In this document: piece by piece, positions 37,707 through 50,057 of the stretch
Position numbering within the stretch: the first letter of the stretch is position 1
Layout: every line of letters starts with the position of its first letter
NCBI RefSeq assembly: GCF_041956535.1
Contig: NW_027192198.1
Location: 1,046,540 to 1,110,539 of the forward strand
Reading direction: 5' to 3'
Length of the DNA: 64,000 bases
Origin: Calcarisporiella thermophila CBS 279.70
Lineage: Eukaryota; Fungi; Calcarisporiellomycota
Program-made: the position numbers and the translations under genes
The notes under the pieces: model-generated
The model's database searches: none
Seen by the model: only the letters and a program-made list of their open reading frames with translations
Told to the model about the DNA's origin: nothing

Positions 37707-40700
37707 TCATGCCATGATGCCTTTTTGGTAGCTCGCCTCCTCGTCGGTGTCGACCAGCGACGCGCACAAGGAGACCAAACGCTGCACCCGCTCCAGGGCC
37801 AAAAACTCGGGGATGTAGCCGTCCGTCAATCGGGTCTTCGCCTTCTCCGCCCGCAGTACCTCTCCAATGGCCACCTCGCCCTCCCTGGGGTCGCTGGGTA
37901 TCATGGGCAAGTGAAGCCGATCGCTCTCCTTAACGCGCCTTCGAACCGCAGCAAGCAGCTCTGGTGCAACAGGTGCCTCGTAATCGGCGACATGATATCG
38001 CTCCAGAAGCCGCAGCAGCTGCCTGCCGTTCAGACACCAGCACTCTTCTAGCAACGCGGGGAGCTCCTTCACGTTCGTTTTCTTTCCCTGCAGGGCATGA
38101 GTGGCCTGCCGAACAGGCTCCATCACATTGGGGTGAACCTCGTGCGCCTTGCACCACTCCTGAATGCGCACCACATTGTGTTGGATCTGGACCGCGCGCT
38201 TCCAACAGCTGAATCCCCTGCGGTCGAGGAGCTCATTGAACGCAATCGCCCCCGTCATGGACAAAAGATCCGTCAATACGCGGTGGGCAAGGGGGGCGTA
38301 CAGGCAATAGCTGTGCATAACTCGCCGCAAGCGGTTAAGGGCGCGGAGGAAGAATTGGATAGTGGGCGGCTCGTCCCCTGAATAATCGAACGCGGAGGCA
38401 ACAGGCGAGGAGGTGGAGGAGAGGGAAGAGGTGGAGATGGGGCGGCCGTTTTGTGCCCCGGATGCGACCACAAAATAGGCTAGCGACTGGCTCTCGACGA
38501 TGCAGGGGATGACCAGGAAGCCGAATCGGGAGCGAAGCTCACGCACCCACTCTCCGTAGATCTGGGCCGCCAGTCGCGCGAGATGTTGCCGGGTGACTTC
38601 CGAACTGGGATCTAGCCGGGGTCTGTCGCTGAGGAGGGTGTGGAGCTCGAGCACGTTGCGCAGCCAATAGGCCCCCATCAGGATCGCGATTTCCTCGCCC
38701 CGATGATTGAAGCACTGCTCCTGCACGGCTCGAATCACGTCCGCAACCAACTGCTCTGCATCTCTCCTTAGCCCCATGCGCCACAGTTGGACCAGGGCTA
38801 GGGAGATCACGCGCGCAGGGAAAATGATTTCAAACACCGAGGGCGCCGCGTGCGTCAGTGGAGGTAGTCGACAGCCGCGAATGAGCCCCTCTACAATCTC
38901 ATCCCGCAGCGATTGTCCCTCCTGGCACAAAAGTTGCTGTAGCTCCCGCGCGGGATCCTCCCACTTGCTACTCAAGTGTCCGTGTATCCGCTCGGCAAAG
39001 GAGGCCGAGAGGTGAAGTGGCGAGTACCGCTCAAAATCCTGGTGATGGGGATGTGGCGCCATCCCACTTGCACCGTTCACCGCATTCATCCCGTTCACCC
39101 CAGCCCGACGCTCCTTCCCGAGAGCTTGCTCGCCCTCGCGAGAGCCAGGGCTGAGAGGCCCGTGTGCATTCATGTACGCCTCCTCCATTTCCTTCCATAC
39201 GCGCTCTAAGCGCGAGTACTTTTCGATCCAAGCGCGTACCCGAGACTCCAGGTGATGTGCCCTTGCTCTAAGCGCTTCGTCCTCTGAAATATGGTCAAGA
39301 CGGTTGTCTAGGAGAGAGCTACCGCCATTGCGCTTTGCGTTTCCTTGGGATTGTCTGGGGGAAGCAAAGTTGGCCAGGTGTTCCCCTCGGTATGGTTCCA
39401 ATCCACTCCCGTTCATGGCTCGGCTTTCCTGCTCCCTAAGTGTATCTCTCAGCACTGTGGCCTCTTGAGTCGCCCTCGCTTTGTTCGCTTGTTCCTCTCT
39501 CTCCAGTCGCGCCAGGAATGCTTCTCTCCTCTTCTCCCACTCTTTCGTGGCCAAATACCTTCGGATGCATGATTGCGCCACGATAATCTTACGTCGATCC
39601 TCCTTGTATCGCCTCCGTGTCACCCACCCACGATAGACTCGCTGGATGTTCTCCGCTGCCACATGCTGCTGCTGCAGTTCTTTTCTCACCTTGTAGCCTC
39701 GCCACAGCTTTTGAAGCGCAATGGCGCCTTTTTTCTGAGCACGCAGCTCACCTAGAATACGCCGTGCCGCACATCGCCTGGCAAAACATTGCAGGCGCAC
39801 CACCGCCAGCAGAATGCGGAGGTATCGACGGCGATACACAAATCGACGGATATACTTTTGAAGGACCACGACCGCTTCATCCAATTTTGCAGCGCGATAT
39901 CCCTCTAAAACTGCTAACTATCGAAGTCAAAGTATCAACATGGTTAGAGCAGGAAAAGTAGAAGATGCAGTGCAGCCGGAGTTCATATCACGATTAGGGC
40001 AATGAGCTGCCTAGAAAATTTTTTTTTCCAGGAAAAGAAAGGATGAGTAGGTCAACTTACCAAGTTCGATCGCAAAAATATCTTGGTCTTTCCAATGCGG
40101 TACATCTCGGGGTCCTTCGTGTGGGTGGACTCCAACACACTCTCGCATTTTTCTTTCGCCCCCAGGGGTACCAGATCATGGCTCTCCTGCTTGGGCACAA
40201 GCATCCCGAAACGTTTCCAAAAATCTTCCAGCCGCCACTTGGCCGGAAACCCAGCACAGCTGATTTTGATCGTCTCCAGCACTCCGCACGCTCGCAGCTG
40301 CGCCAGGACGGCGGCACGATCGAACTCCCACGCCGACTTCTGCTCGTTTGGCTTCACACACCGAATGTAGTGAACTTGGGTGGAACGCACCACTTCCATT
40401 AGACCGACGAGCGAGGCCTTGAAGATGGAGCCAAGGGTGGCGGGCTTTTTGCCGGTTCCAGGACCCCGCCCATTGCCGCCTGCTGGCGCCACCGGCGAAG
40501 AATTGGCGGACGAGGGCGAGGAGGCTCGGGACGACGCGTGGGCTACGAGTCCGCGCACAAAGTCGAAATCCGAGTCTTGCAGGAGGGCAAGGTGCTCCTC
40601 CGGAAGGGTGTCGCGATTTTTCTCCAAGAAACCGTCGACCTCATACGTCACTTCGTGCGCGTAGTGCACGATGGTGAAGGCGTTCCCCCCACCAAACCTA

Positions 40701-42608
40701 GGGCGGCGGAAATACTTTGCGGAGGGGGTGTCAAACTGTTGGTATAGCTTGGTGCATAGGCCCGCGTCTGAGCCCGAGGGCATTCGCGACTCCTCATCTA
40801 GCAGCGAGAGAATCCCCATCCGGCTCTCGATCATGTCGATGCAGGCCAGATTGTCGCTGAATTCAATGAACTCCCACGCAATGTCCTCACGCAAGTAATC
40901 CTCTTGCTCGAGTCGGAACACGTGCTCGTTGAATTCGCGCTGGAGCTTCTCGTTGGCATAGTTGATGCACAGCTGCTCGAACGAATTGCGGGTAAAGTGC
41001 TCGAACCCGTAGATGTCCAGGACGCCGATAAACGCGTCGCCCTGCACCGGAGAGCCCCGCGATAATCCCAGGTTGATGTGTGCAACCAGCCAATCAAACA
41101 AGTTGGCGTATACGTACTTCACGACGGAATCCCGCACGACCACCGCTTGGGCGGGCTGGAGGGCCGTCACTATTTTTTCTGAGCGGGTCGATATTTGACG
41201 CTTGATGATCCATTTTTTGAAACCGGCCGGCGGAATGCCCAGCAGCTGGCATGCCTTTTCGAGGCGGGGGTCCTCCTCGGAAACCAGGGCTTCATTTCGG
41301 CCGGTAATCGCAATATTTCCTATGTGCAAGAGGGCTGCCAGCAGCCGAAACATATCTCGCTGGGTATCTTCATCGATTCCGATGGTGGACAGGGCAAGTT
41401 GAGTTTGGGAAAACTCGAGCGCGTCATCGACCCCTTGAATGGACGCGACTCCTCCTTGGTTCAGGTAGTGGAAATGGTCATGGCTTGTGAGGCCAAGCAG
41501 CTCCCGGTCGGCCACAGAGGCCCCGGCACACAGCTGATAAAATATGTGATAGTTACGCTCGGTATCCGGCTGATACACAAGTCGCGAGCGTTCGAGCAAA
41601 TAGGTATCCAATTTGGCGCCGATAATGTTCGCCCGATCGTCGAATTGAATCTGCACAAGATTCGAGCGGAGAGTTAGGGCTGCATTGAATCCAATGGCCA
41701 AAAGGCGAGTCAACCTTGGGAATCTACCTTGATATACTTGCCAAATCTCGAGCTGTTGTCGTTCCTTGTTGTTTTGGCATTGCCGAATGCCTCCATGATA
41801 GGATTGGTGGCTAGAATTTGCTCTTCCACTCCAGCTGCCCCTCTTTTCTCGCTGGACCCCGTTTCTTCGTCCATTCGCCTTCCGCTGGCGGATGCAAAAT
41901 ACCGCATAATGAACTTTGCACTCATTGTTTTGCCGGCGCCACTCTCCCCAGAGACAATGATGGTCTGATTCCTTTGCTCGCGGATCATACATCGAAATGC
42001 CTCTTCGGCTATGGCGAACAGGTGGGGCTCCAAGTGGTTGCGTTCGGCGGACGAGTAAGTCCGGATCATTTCAGGGCCATAGAGATCGATATGCTCAAAA
42101 GGATTGACGGCAATCAGAACGATCCCTGAGTAGGTGTAGATAATCTTGTTGGAATAGCGATTCTGGATGGTGTATATGACTTGAAAGGAAGGGGGAGAGG
42201 GGTTAGAAACGGTGAAGCAACGAAAATGGGTCCGTAGTTTGGCAATACCTGATGGCTCGTTCAAGTGCGTAAGCTGGGTGAGATCATCGACAGCGTTTAG
42301 ATGAGGAGGATTGCGTAAAGGCGGAAGGCTTTTGTCTAGGGAGTCTTTATGGGTCTCAATGATGGACTCCTGGAAACGACCAATGAATGCATTAGATTAG
42401 ATAGAGCTACTTAGCATAGAGATGTAAAGAACAAAAGCAGTGGCAGCGAATGGGATACCTCTCCGCGTTCATCCATGACCACTATTCTTATTCGGTCATG
42501 AATGACTTTCTTTTCCAGCACCTCGCCTGCAATCCAGTCTTCAACTTCGCCATCCCGAGGAAGCCAGACCAGCGTTCCGCGGACATATGCGTCCAGGAGT
42601 GCGGGCAT
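37707..42608 (-). CDS. Class V myosin (motor, IQ repeats, coiled coil, DIL cargo domain)
   Basis: GESGAGKT P-loop, EAFGNAKTTRNDNSSRFGK, LDIYGFE, QLRACGVLE, several IQ motifs and the DIL motif AFNELL.RR..SWKRAVQIQHN. Confidence 0.95.
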
Positions 42609-43293
42609 ATGTGTTCTGTTGGCTGAGCACGATGGATGGTGATGTGTTCACTAGAATGAAGAGAAGTGAGCAGAAACAGAATTCAATTAGGAATACATGG
42701 ATTATCAATTATGCGGTCATCTGAACGCATTCGATAGAAGAAGGGCGGCATAGCTAGCCCATGTTGACATGGACGCCGTACCTACAATGAGGGGTGGGGT
42801 AATGAGCCGGTTAGCCGATGCGCATAGAGTGGCTCTTTAATCGTGGGGGGATGCTCGAGGGTAAGGGGAGAAATGAGCGATGAATGGATGCATGCGGATC
42901 GCTTATAAAAGAGGAAGAGAGGTCGACATTTAAGGTGTAACCGTTGTGGTACCTCAGTGGTCCCAGGGAAATTGAGCCTCGAAATTTCCTGGTTTGTCCG
43001 CCAAAATCATCACTTTCACCCTTCAAATAAAAAAAGCTCAGAACCATATATTCACCGGCATTCAGCATATATACAGGAGGGAGGCGGAATCATTAATAGG
43101 AGGGGTTTGAAAAGGCTATAAAGGCATAGAGGTGTATAGTACAAGACACAGTGCACAACGGGAAACCGGAAAGCAACTCATAGGAAAGCATACAACCAAG
43201 GTAAATGACAATATCCAATACAATCTCTGATGACAAGACAGCACACTTAGCATACATGTTACATATCAGCAGGAGGAATGGCCAGCGGCCGGT

Positions 43294-43863
43294 TCAGTTT
43301 GCGCCGAACGTTCCTATATCTATCGACCCCCACGCCCCTTCCTCTTCTCTGCGGACAGGCCGCGAGACCGAGCCGTCGGTGAATCTGCGGGCTGATCCCA
43401 GCGACGAGGATGAGCCGTTGTTGCACTTGGTGATGGTCGCCGCCCCCCTTGTGGTAGAAGATGGCGGCTCTTTCGATACAGTCCATTCCCCAAGATAGGT
43501 TCTGCTTTCCGACGGCGACGACGCGGAGGATTTCACAGAGGTACAAGCCGATTCGACGGGGGCTGCGGGCTCCGAGGCGCGACGCATTTCGGGGCGGGGG
43601 GGGAAAGGGCGCAGGGTGACGAGGGGGTGATCGAGGTAGAGCTGGTGTTGGAAGTTGCTGGAGAAGAGCAGCGAGGGCGAGGGCGGGGGAGTGATGATGG
43701 AGCTGCCTTCGGCGGAGTCGGGGGAGGAAGAGCGCGAGGAGGAGGAATGCAGCTGATCCAGCCCACGCTGGGCATGCGCCTTCTGCACGCATTGCTCGGA
43801 GCAGAACAGCGCGCGATCAATGGGGACGTGGTTGGAGCAGACAATGCACATTTCCACGTTCAT
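43294..43863 (-). CDS. Ecl1-family (life-span regulator) zinc-binding protein
   Basis: N-terminal CxxC..LFCSxxC followed by an S/P-rich tail. Confidence 0.75.
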   Translation of the reverse strand: MNVEMCIVCSNHVPIDRALFCSEQCVQKAHAQRGLDQLHSSSSRSSSPDSAEGSSIITPPPSPSLLFSSNFQHQLYLDHPLVTLRPFPPRPEMRRASEPAAPVESACTSVKSSASSPSESRTYLGEWTVSKEPPSSTTRGAATITKCNNGSSSSLGSARRFTDGSVSRPVRREEEGAWGSIDIGTFGAN

Positions 43864-44878
43864 GCTGGAGGAGATTGGAGAATTAGAATGGCTAATGTGA
43901 TGGGCGCGATGCGTGGAGTTCAGTCGGCAAAGAGGCGGGCAGAGGGGTGCGACTTTTTTCTTTTATAGGCTGGCTTCTTCCCCCCAGCCTTATCTGGCAC
44001 TCCGCCAGAAACAGACAGGCAGACCGAAACAGGAGTAAGGCGGTGCTTCAAAATTTCAAATTGGCCAAAGCTTAGGAAAGCTTTCTTAGTGGGGAAAATG
44101 CGCAGCAGGCTCACTTTTAAGGGGGGAGAAGCCGACCGGTGTGGGCCATTCGAGCCAGGGTGTGGCAATTTGTCCTGGACGCCTTCTCCGTTGGAAAAAA
44201 AGAAAAACGCAGGAAAAAAAATCGGTTTGGCTTTCCCCCGGATCTCATTCGAAAAAGACCGAATCATCCCGTTGTTTGAGCGGTTCAAACAACAGAACGA
44301 AGTTCCGTTATGGATAGATTGCACGTCAAAAGAATGTCTTAGGTGAGATAATTAAAACAAAATTCCCGTTGCTGCGAAAAAGAGGAAAATGCGCGTTCCT
44401 TACAGCCAAGCTGAGGTTTAGTCATCCGCTCATGCCCGCCCTCCCCCTCCAATGACACCGGGCCAGAATTCGCGCTTTTCCATTATATGGAAATAAAAAA
44501 ATAAAGGAGAAATGATCTCCTTCCCCTTTTATCAAGGCTTTTTTTGGGGGGCCGCTGCTGTGATTGCCCTTCTCTTCCCCTGCCGTCTCGCTTTTTTTTA
44601 CGTTATGCTCCAAGGTTAGTGGTACTCCTATTTTCAAGCAACCTCTTTCACAAACACAAAACATAGAAACTAACATAATCAAAGCAAATAGACAAGGAGG
44701 GAGGAAAGCGAAATGACATGGAATGAAGTGATAGATAGGCGTAGTACATCCAATGACTTAATAGAACATGGGTCTAGAGAAAAGAGGGCGTGGGGAAGAA
44801 TGGGAAAGAGAGAGCGAAATTGGGTTCGGATTTCCATTAATTTACACGAGAGCTTGCTTGGTTTGGGCCTGAGCGGAT

Positions 44879-46572
44879 TTAGAGGGGCACCCCCTGAACA
44901 AACTGCGCATCGGACTCGCGCTTGAACACGAGCCAGTGCACCCCCAACGTCCCCGCCCGGTATCCTCCTTCACAGTAGGCGAAATAGTACTCCCACTTCC
45001 GTCTGAAGACCTCCAGCTCTGGGGCGCCAATGTCGGGATACCGCTCCTGCAGCGCGGGCCCTATCCGCTTGCCAAACGCGGAGAGGAACTGCTCGCGCCA
45101 GAGGCGGAGCGTGCGCGCGTAGTGCGGCCCGAAATTCAGCACCTGGTCGGGCTGCAGCCCTCCCTGGGTGCCCTCGTAGGCGGCGTTCAGGAGGGCCGTG
45201 ACGGTGGGGGCGTGGCCTCCGGGAAAGATGTATTTGCGGATGAAGTCCACCTCGCGGCAATAGCTCTTGTACCGTGCCTCGGGCATGGTGATGGCTTGCA
45301 TCACCAGGATCCCCCCCTGCCGCTTGAGCAGCCGGTGGCACTGCTCGAAATACGTGGGGAGGAAGCGCTGGCCAACCGCCTCGATCATCTCGATGGACAC
45401 GATCTTGTCATACTGGTGCGAGGCCGGAATTTCGCGGTAGTCACACAGAAGAACCTTGATCTGGGAGGCGAGCCCTGCCGCAGCAATGCGTTCTTCGGCC
45501 AGCTGCTTCTGTTCCTTGGATAGCGTGACGGTGGTCACCCGGCAGCCCGTGGACTTGACGGCCTAAAGGAGAGATGGGGGTGGAGAGTGGGGAGAGTGGA
45601 TGGTTGGAACATGCGTGCAGGGAAACTCGGAAGAGAGCCAACACACTCATCGGTAAGCTCACTCACCTCGATGGCAAACGAACCCCAGCCGGTTCCGATC
45701 TCCAGGACATGGTCCGTCGCCGTCAGGCGCGCAAGCTCAATGACCTTACGCAGCTTCTGCTTTTGCCCCTCCTCCAGCGTGTCCTGCGGCGTTAACCAGT
45801 ATGCGGAGCTGTACGTCATGGTCTCGTCGAGAAAAGACGCGAACATGTCGTTGGATATGTCATAGTGAGCGCTGATGTTGCCCATCGTGTTGCTGAGGGT
45901 GTTGGCGAAACGGGAATTGGCGAGATACTGGAATGCCTGGTACACCGAAGAGTAGAGGTTGTTCATGCCGTTAAGATGGTCGCGGTTAAGGATGAACCAC
46001 TAGCAAGGAAGAAAAAGACAACGTGAGTCCAACCAGAGAACAGGTGCGGAAGCGGTAGAGGAGGGGTGGACAGATTTACATCGATAAGCCCCACGAGGTC
46101 GCTGCACTCCACATCCCCGCTCATATACGCCTCTGCAAAGCCCTAAGCATTCCCCAGGAGAGCGCGAACATGGTAAACGTCAGCCACAAGCGAGATGAGG
46201 GGTAGGAAGATACAAAGCTCGCAAAGCTACTGACCATATCTGAGAAGAGAGCCAACCTTAGCCAGAACACCTCTCTAATGACCTTGAGCTCGATATGTTC
46301 TTTGGCATTGCCGTCCCCAAACTCCCACGTGCCGTTGGGGCTCTCGACCCGCAGGCGACCCACTCTTGCGCGGGCCATGAGATTGAGCACACCGTACCTG
46401 GCTGCATGGAGGCATTGCAACACAACCACATCAGAGAAGAGCAAGACATGGACAAGCAATGGGCATTACCTAGGTTGCACAGCGGCTGCCAAGCGGTCTG
46501 CAGGGCGTGTTCCTTAATTGCAGTGAATGCACGGTCCGTGGCGGCTGTGAGGCTGTAATGATGGAGAGACAT
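44879..46572 (-). CDS. Cyclopropane-fatty-acyl-phospholipid synthase-like SAM methyltransferase
   Basis: ISAHYDISNDMF..FLDETMTYSSA, VLEIGTGWG, SIEMIEAVG, FIRKYIFPGG, HYARTLRLW and KWEYYFAYCEGG motifs. Confidence 0.93.
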
Positions 46573-47166
46573 CCTGCTTCTTTCGAAAGGAGGGCGAAGA
46601 AAGAATCAGAGCGGGGAAAATAAAAGTCGAACGGGTTTGAATGAGGCAGAGTAAGAGGAGAGAGGGGGAGGGAGGGGGGAGCTCCAAGTGGAAAAAAGAA
46701 TTGGGAAGGATCAGGGAAGATAGGGTTAGATCGCTCTTTAAATGATCGAGAAATTTAAAATTTCGTTCGACACCGGACCTAGGCAGGTTTAATCTCGGGA
46801 ATGGACTGCGCTTGCACCCCTTCGCCCTCATTGCCAATAAGCACGTGCCGCAGAGGGAAGGTGCGGATATCTTGTTTGGCGGTGCGTCCGCTCTGAGGGC
46901 CTCGGGCATGCAAGTTTGGCAAACACTAAAATGCATGGATCCCAACGGGGATCTCGATTGTGCCAGCTCCGGAGGCCCCGCGCATCGACAATTGCAGCGT
47001 ATTTCCGCAGATGACAGAATGCGGGAGCTTCGGAGTTTGCATCCAAGGAGAGGAGGGTGTGCAAATTGGGTGGCGGATTTGATCTGGACGCAGACAAAGG
47101 GCGCGGAATGAAACTCTCTTGCGGGCACAACAGGAAAGCAGGAAATCCCATGGCTCTTTGCCAACC

Positions 47167-49182
47167 ATGCTGATCCTGCTGATCCTCGCCGTTGCCTCCC
47201 TTGTCGCCATCGCCGCCCTCCTCCTGCTCCTCACAGTCCATCCGCATGTTCCTACCACTGTTCTATCGAAATTCCGATCCCACATCTATCTCTCCACCAC
47301 GTTCCACACTCGTCTCGCCCCAACCCGTCACAAGTTCTCCTATCCTGTAATTTACCTCAGCCTCGATCTGGATGAGCTCTCGCGCCTAGCGCAATCTTGG
47401 TGGTTTGGGTATAATCGGTGGCGGCTCTTGTCCGTGTGGGACAAGGACTACCTGGGCGGTGCCCGCGGGGGAATCAAGGAGAAAGTGCTATGGCATCTAG
47501 AACAGCATGTAAGCCCTGCCAGAGCTCTTGAAGCGTAGGCTCCATTCGCCCATCTGCTTACTAATTTTTGATTAGAATGTTCCAACCGCAGGCATCACTC
47601 GCATCCAGCTCGTCACCATGCCCAGACTTCTCGGCTATGCATTCAACCCAGTCAGCATGTACTATTGCTACTCATCTGAGCTCGCCGCTATAGTGCTCGA
47701 AGTCAATAACACTTTTGGCGAAAAGCACATTTATGTTTTGGACCCCAGACAACAGATTCAGAAGCACAGAGCCGGGTAGTTATTCTTCTCCACTCCTCTC
47801 GTCTCTCTATTACTCCCTTCGTTTCTACTTTCGTGACTAACGGGCTTTCGTTGTAGCTATCAATACGCCTTCAAATTTGCCCGCAAGTTCCACGTATCAC
47901 CATTCAACGATCGCACGGGCTCTTATGCATGCTACGTGAGCGACCCCGCCCATCCCGACGGCTTCAATCTCCGCCTCGTGGTCCACGAGGAGCAGACCAC
48001 CCTTGCTCCCCACAGTGGCGCCCCCCTTTCCGAAAATAAAAAGTTCATGGCCCAGGTTCGCGCTCACGAGGTGTTGCCGCTGACGAGCAATGCGGTGCTG
48101 AAACTACTGATGCGATATCCCGTCGATATCTTCTTGACTTTTCCCAGGATCCTGCGAGAGGCCGCCATCCTTGCTTACAGAAAGCACTTGCCTGTGTATC
48201 CGCGGCCGGAGCCAGTTATCCATGGAGATACCATAGTGAAACAGCATGCAAACGCAGTAGATAAGTAAGTACCGTGAGAGCGTCCGTTCTTTTCTAGCTG
48301 GAATCATAGGATTCACATGGGCTTCATGTTTCTCCTGTCCATAGGTACTGCCTCCAACTTGTCCTCTCTTTCCTCGAGGCCCAAAGGCTGGACCGAACTT
48401 TTCTCCTCCACCCGCCCGATCCATTTGCTCCTCCGTTCAAGATTGGCTCCGGGCCGCCCTTAGACCTCTGGCTAAAAAGCTATGCCCTGGTACGAGAGGT
48501 CGTATTCCGCGACGTGGGGTGGGGACTTGTGATGTCGTGGGGCGAGGGAACCTGGGAATGTGAGGAGCCCGAGGTAGTGTTTAGTGCATTTTTGAAGGGG
48601 GTGAAGAGCTCCCAGACCAGTGGCTGGCTCCAAGCTATGGCCCTCAAGTGTCGTAGACTGCTCGTCACCACTGGTGATGGCAATCCATTTCTCAAGCAGG
48701 AGACGTCGAATGAGCTTTGCGCGTACACCGACCTGATCAACACCTGTGGTTCGCTGCCACCCCGTCGCATTCTTGCTCTGCCGTCCCCCCGCCCCCCATA
48801 TTCGCACTTCCTCGACCCGTACGCAACCAACAGGTGGCACCACGCCTCCATCCTCCTCTGTGGCACTCTGAGCCATCTCCTCGAGAAGTTCTTCTTCGCC
48901 TTGCTCGCCAACTTTGCATCAGGACGGTCTCCCTTCGAGTCCGAGAAGCGCATTTTAGGATGGATACGGAGAATCCTGGAGCAGGAGAGAGGGCGCGGGG
49001 AAAAATGGTGGATTATAGAAAGACTCACTTCGGATGGACCGTTTATCACTAATCCGTGTGTTGAAGTCGAGAAGGAATACGCGGGAATCGAGGAGAAACC
49101 GTCCACTTGGGAAGAAATGGCCCAGGCCAGAACGAGAGTGGCGCTGCTTGCATTCGTAAAGGGATTGAGGACCAATCTTTAA
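47167..49182 (+). CDS. DUF1365 family protein with N-terminal membrane anchor and C-terminal extension
   Basis: HTRLAPTRHKFSYP..LDLDEL, TMPRLLGYAFNPVSMYYCY, LEVNNTFGEKHIY, FHVSPFN and PRILREA motifs spread over GT-AG exons. Confidence 0.88.
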
Positions 49183-50057
49183 CACATATACCATGGATTT
49201 GACGTTACTCTGTTCTTTCTTGTTTCAACCTATTTTATCATTATACAGCACTATGTCGGTGTCTTTGTGTTTCGAGCATGTCATTTTTTTTTTCTATTTT
49301 TGAAGGTTCTTCAACCATTTCATCCACCCAATATAACTAAACTTGCCATGATACGGTTGGCAATGCCGTGTATTGAAGAAAGCTTCGGGCGTATATCCCA
49401 CTGGGATGAAGAAAAGAACCTCCATGCGCATGCGGGTGCGGTCAAGGTTATAGTTAAAGCTGATTATGCACCCCCTTTGTACCCCTTTGTACCCCTTTAT
49501 GTCTCCATGACGCGTTTTGGCGTCAAAACTGCACCTAGCCTCGCAATAAAGTTAGCGCTCCCTCTCCGAATGTTTTTATCGGATCGACCTTCTCTTCCCA
49601 TCACCACTCCTTATCCCCTTTAGGACAAAGAGGTGCATAGGGCCACTTCCCTATGCAACCGAGGTGGTACGCTGGCTCCGCCACTCCTCGCTTTATTTTC
49701 TCGCTGCAGGCGCATCAGAGATACTGGGCAACGGCCTCGAGCTTAGGGGGAGTAGCTCTCCGTCTGCATGACCTAGGCGGAGATGCAGTCGATTGGGTGC
49801 CAAAGATTATTTTAAAAGTAGTGAGGGGCAGTTATTTTCATCCCATATTATATTATTTGAGTTTTCACGCCTAGCTCAATAAAGTGACACATTAACACAC
49901 ATCAAAAATATTAAGACAACATAACAATAACAATGAGAAGTGGAGAAAAGTGGAACCGAAAAAACAAACATGGCCAAAGGGACCTTGGTGGTGGGGGATT
50001 GGGGGCATGGTAACTAGTAGCATGATAAGTGGGAGAAGGGGAAGGGGGAGGGATGGC

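Noticed and set aside
42370-42460. U12-type intron (GTATCC donor in myosin; similar at ~51275 in ACSL)
   Set aside because: Donors are GTATCCCA and GTATCCAC rather than GTATCCTT, and no TCCTTAAC branch site is present.
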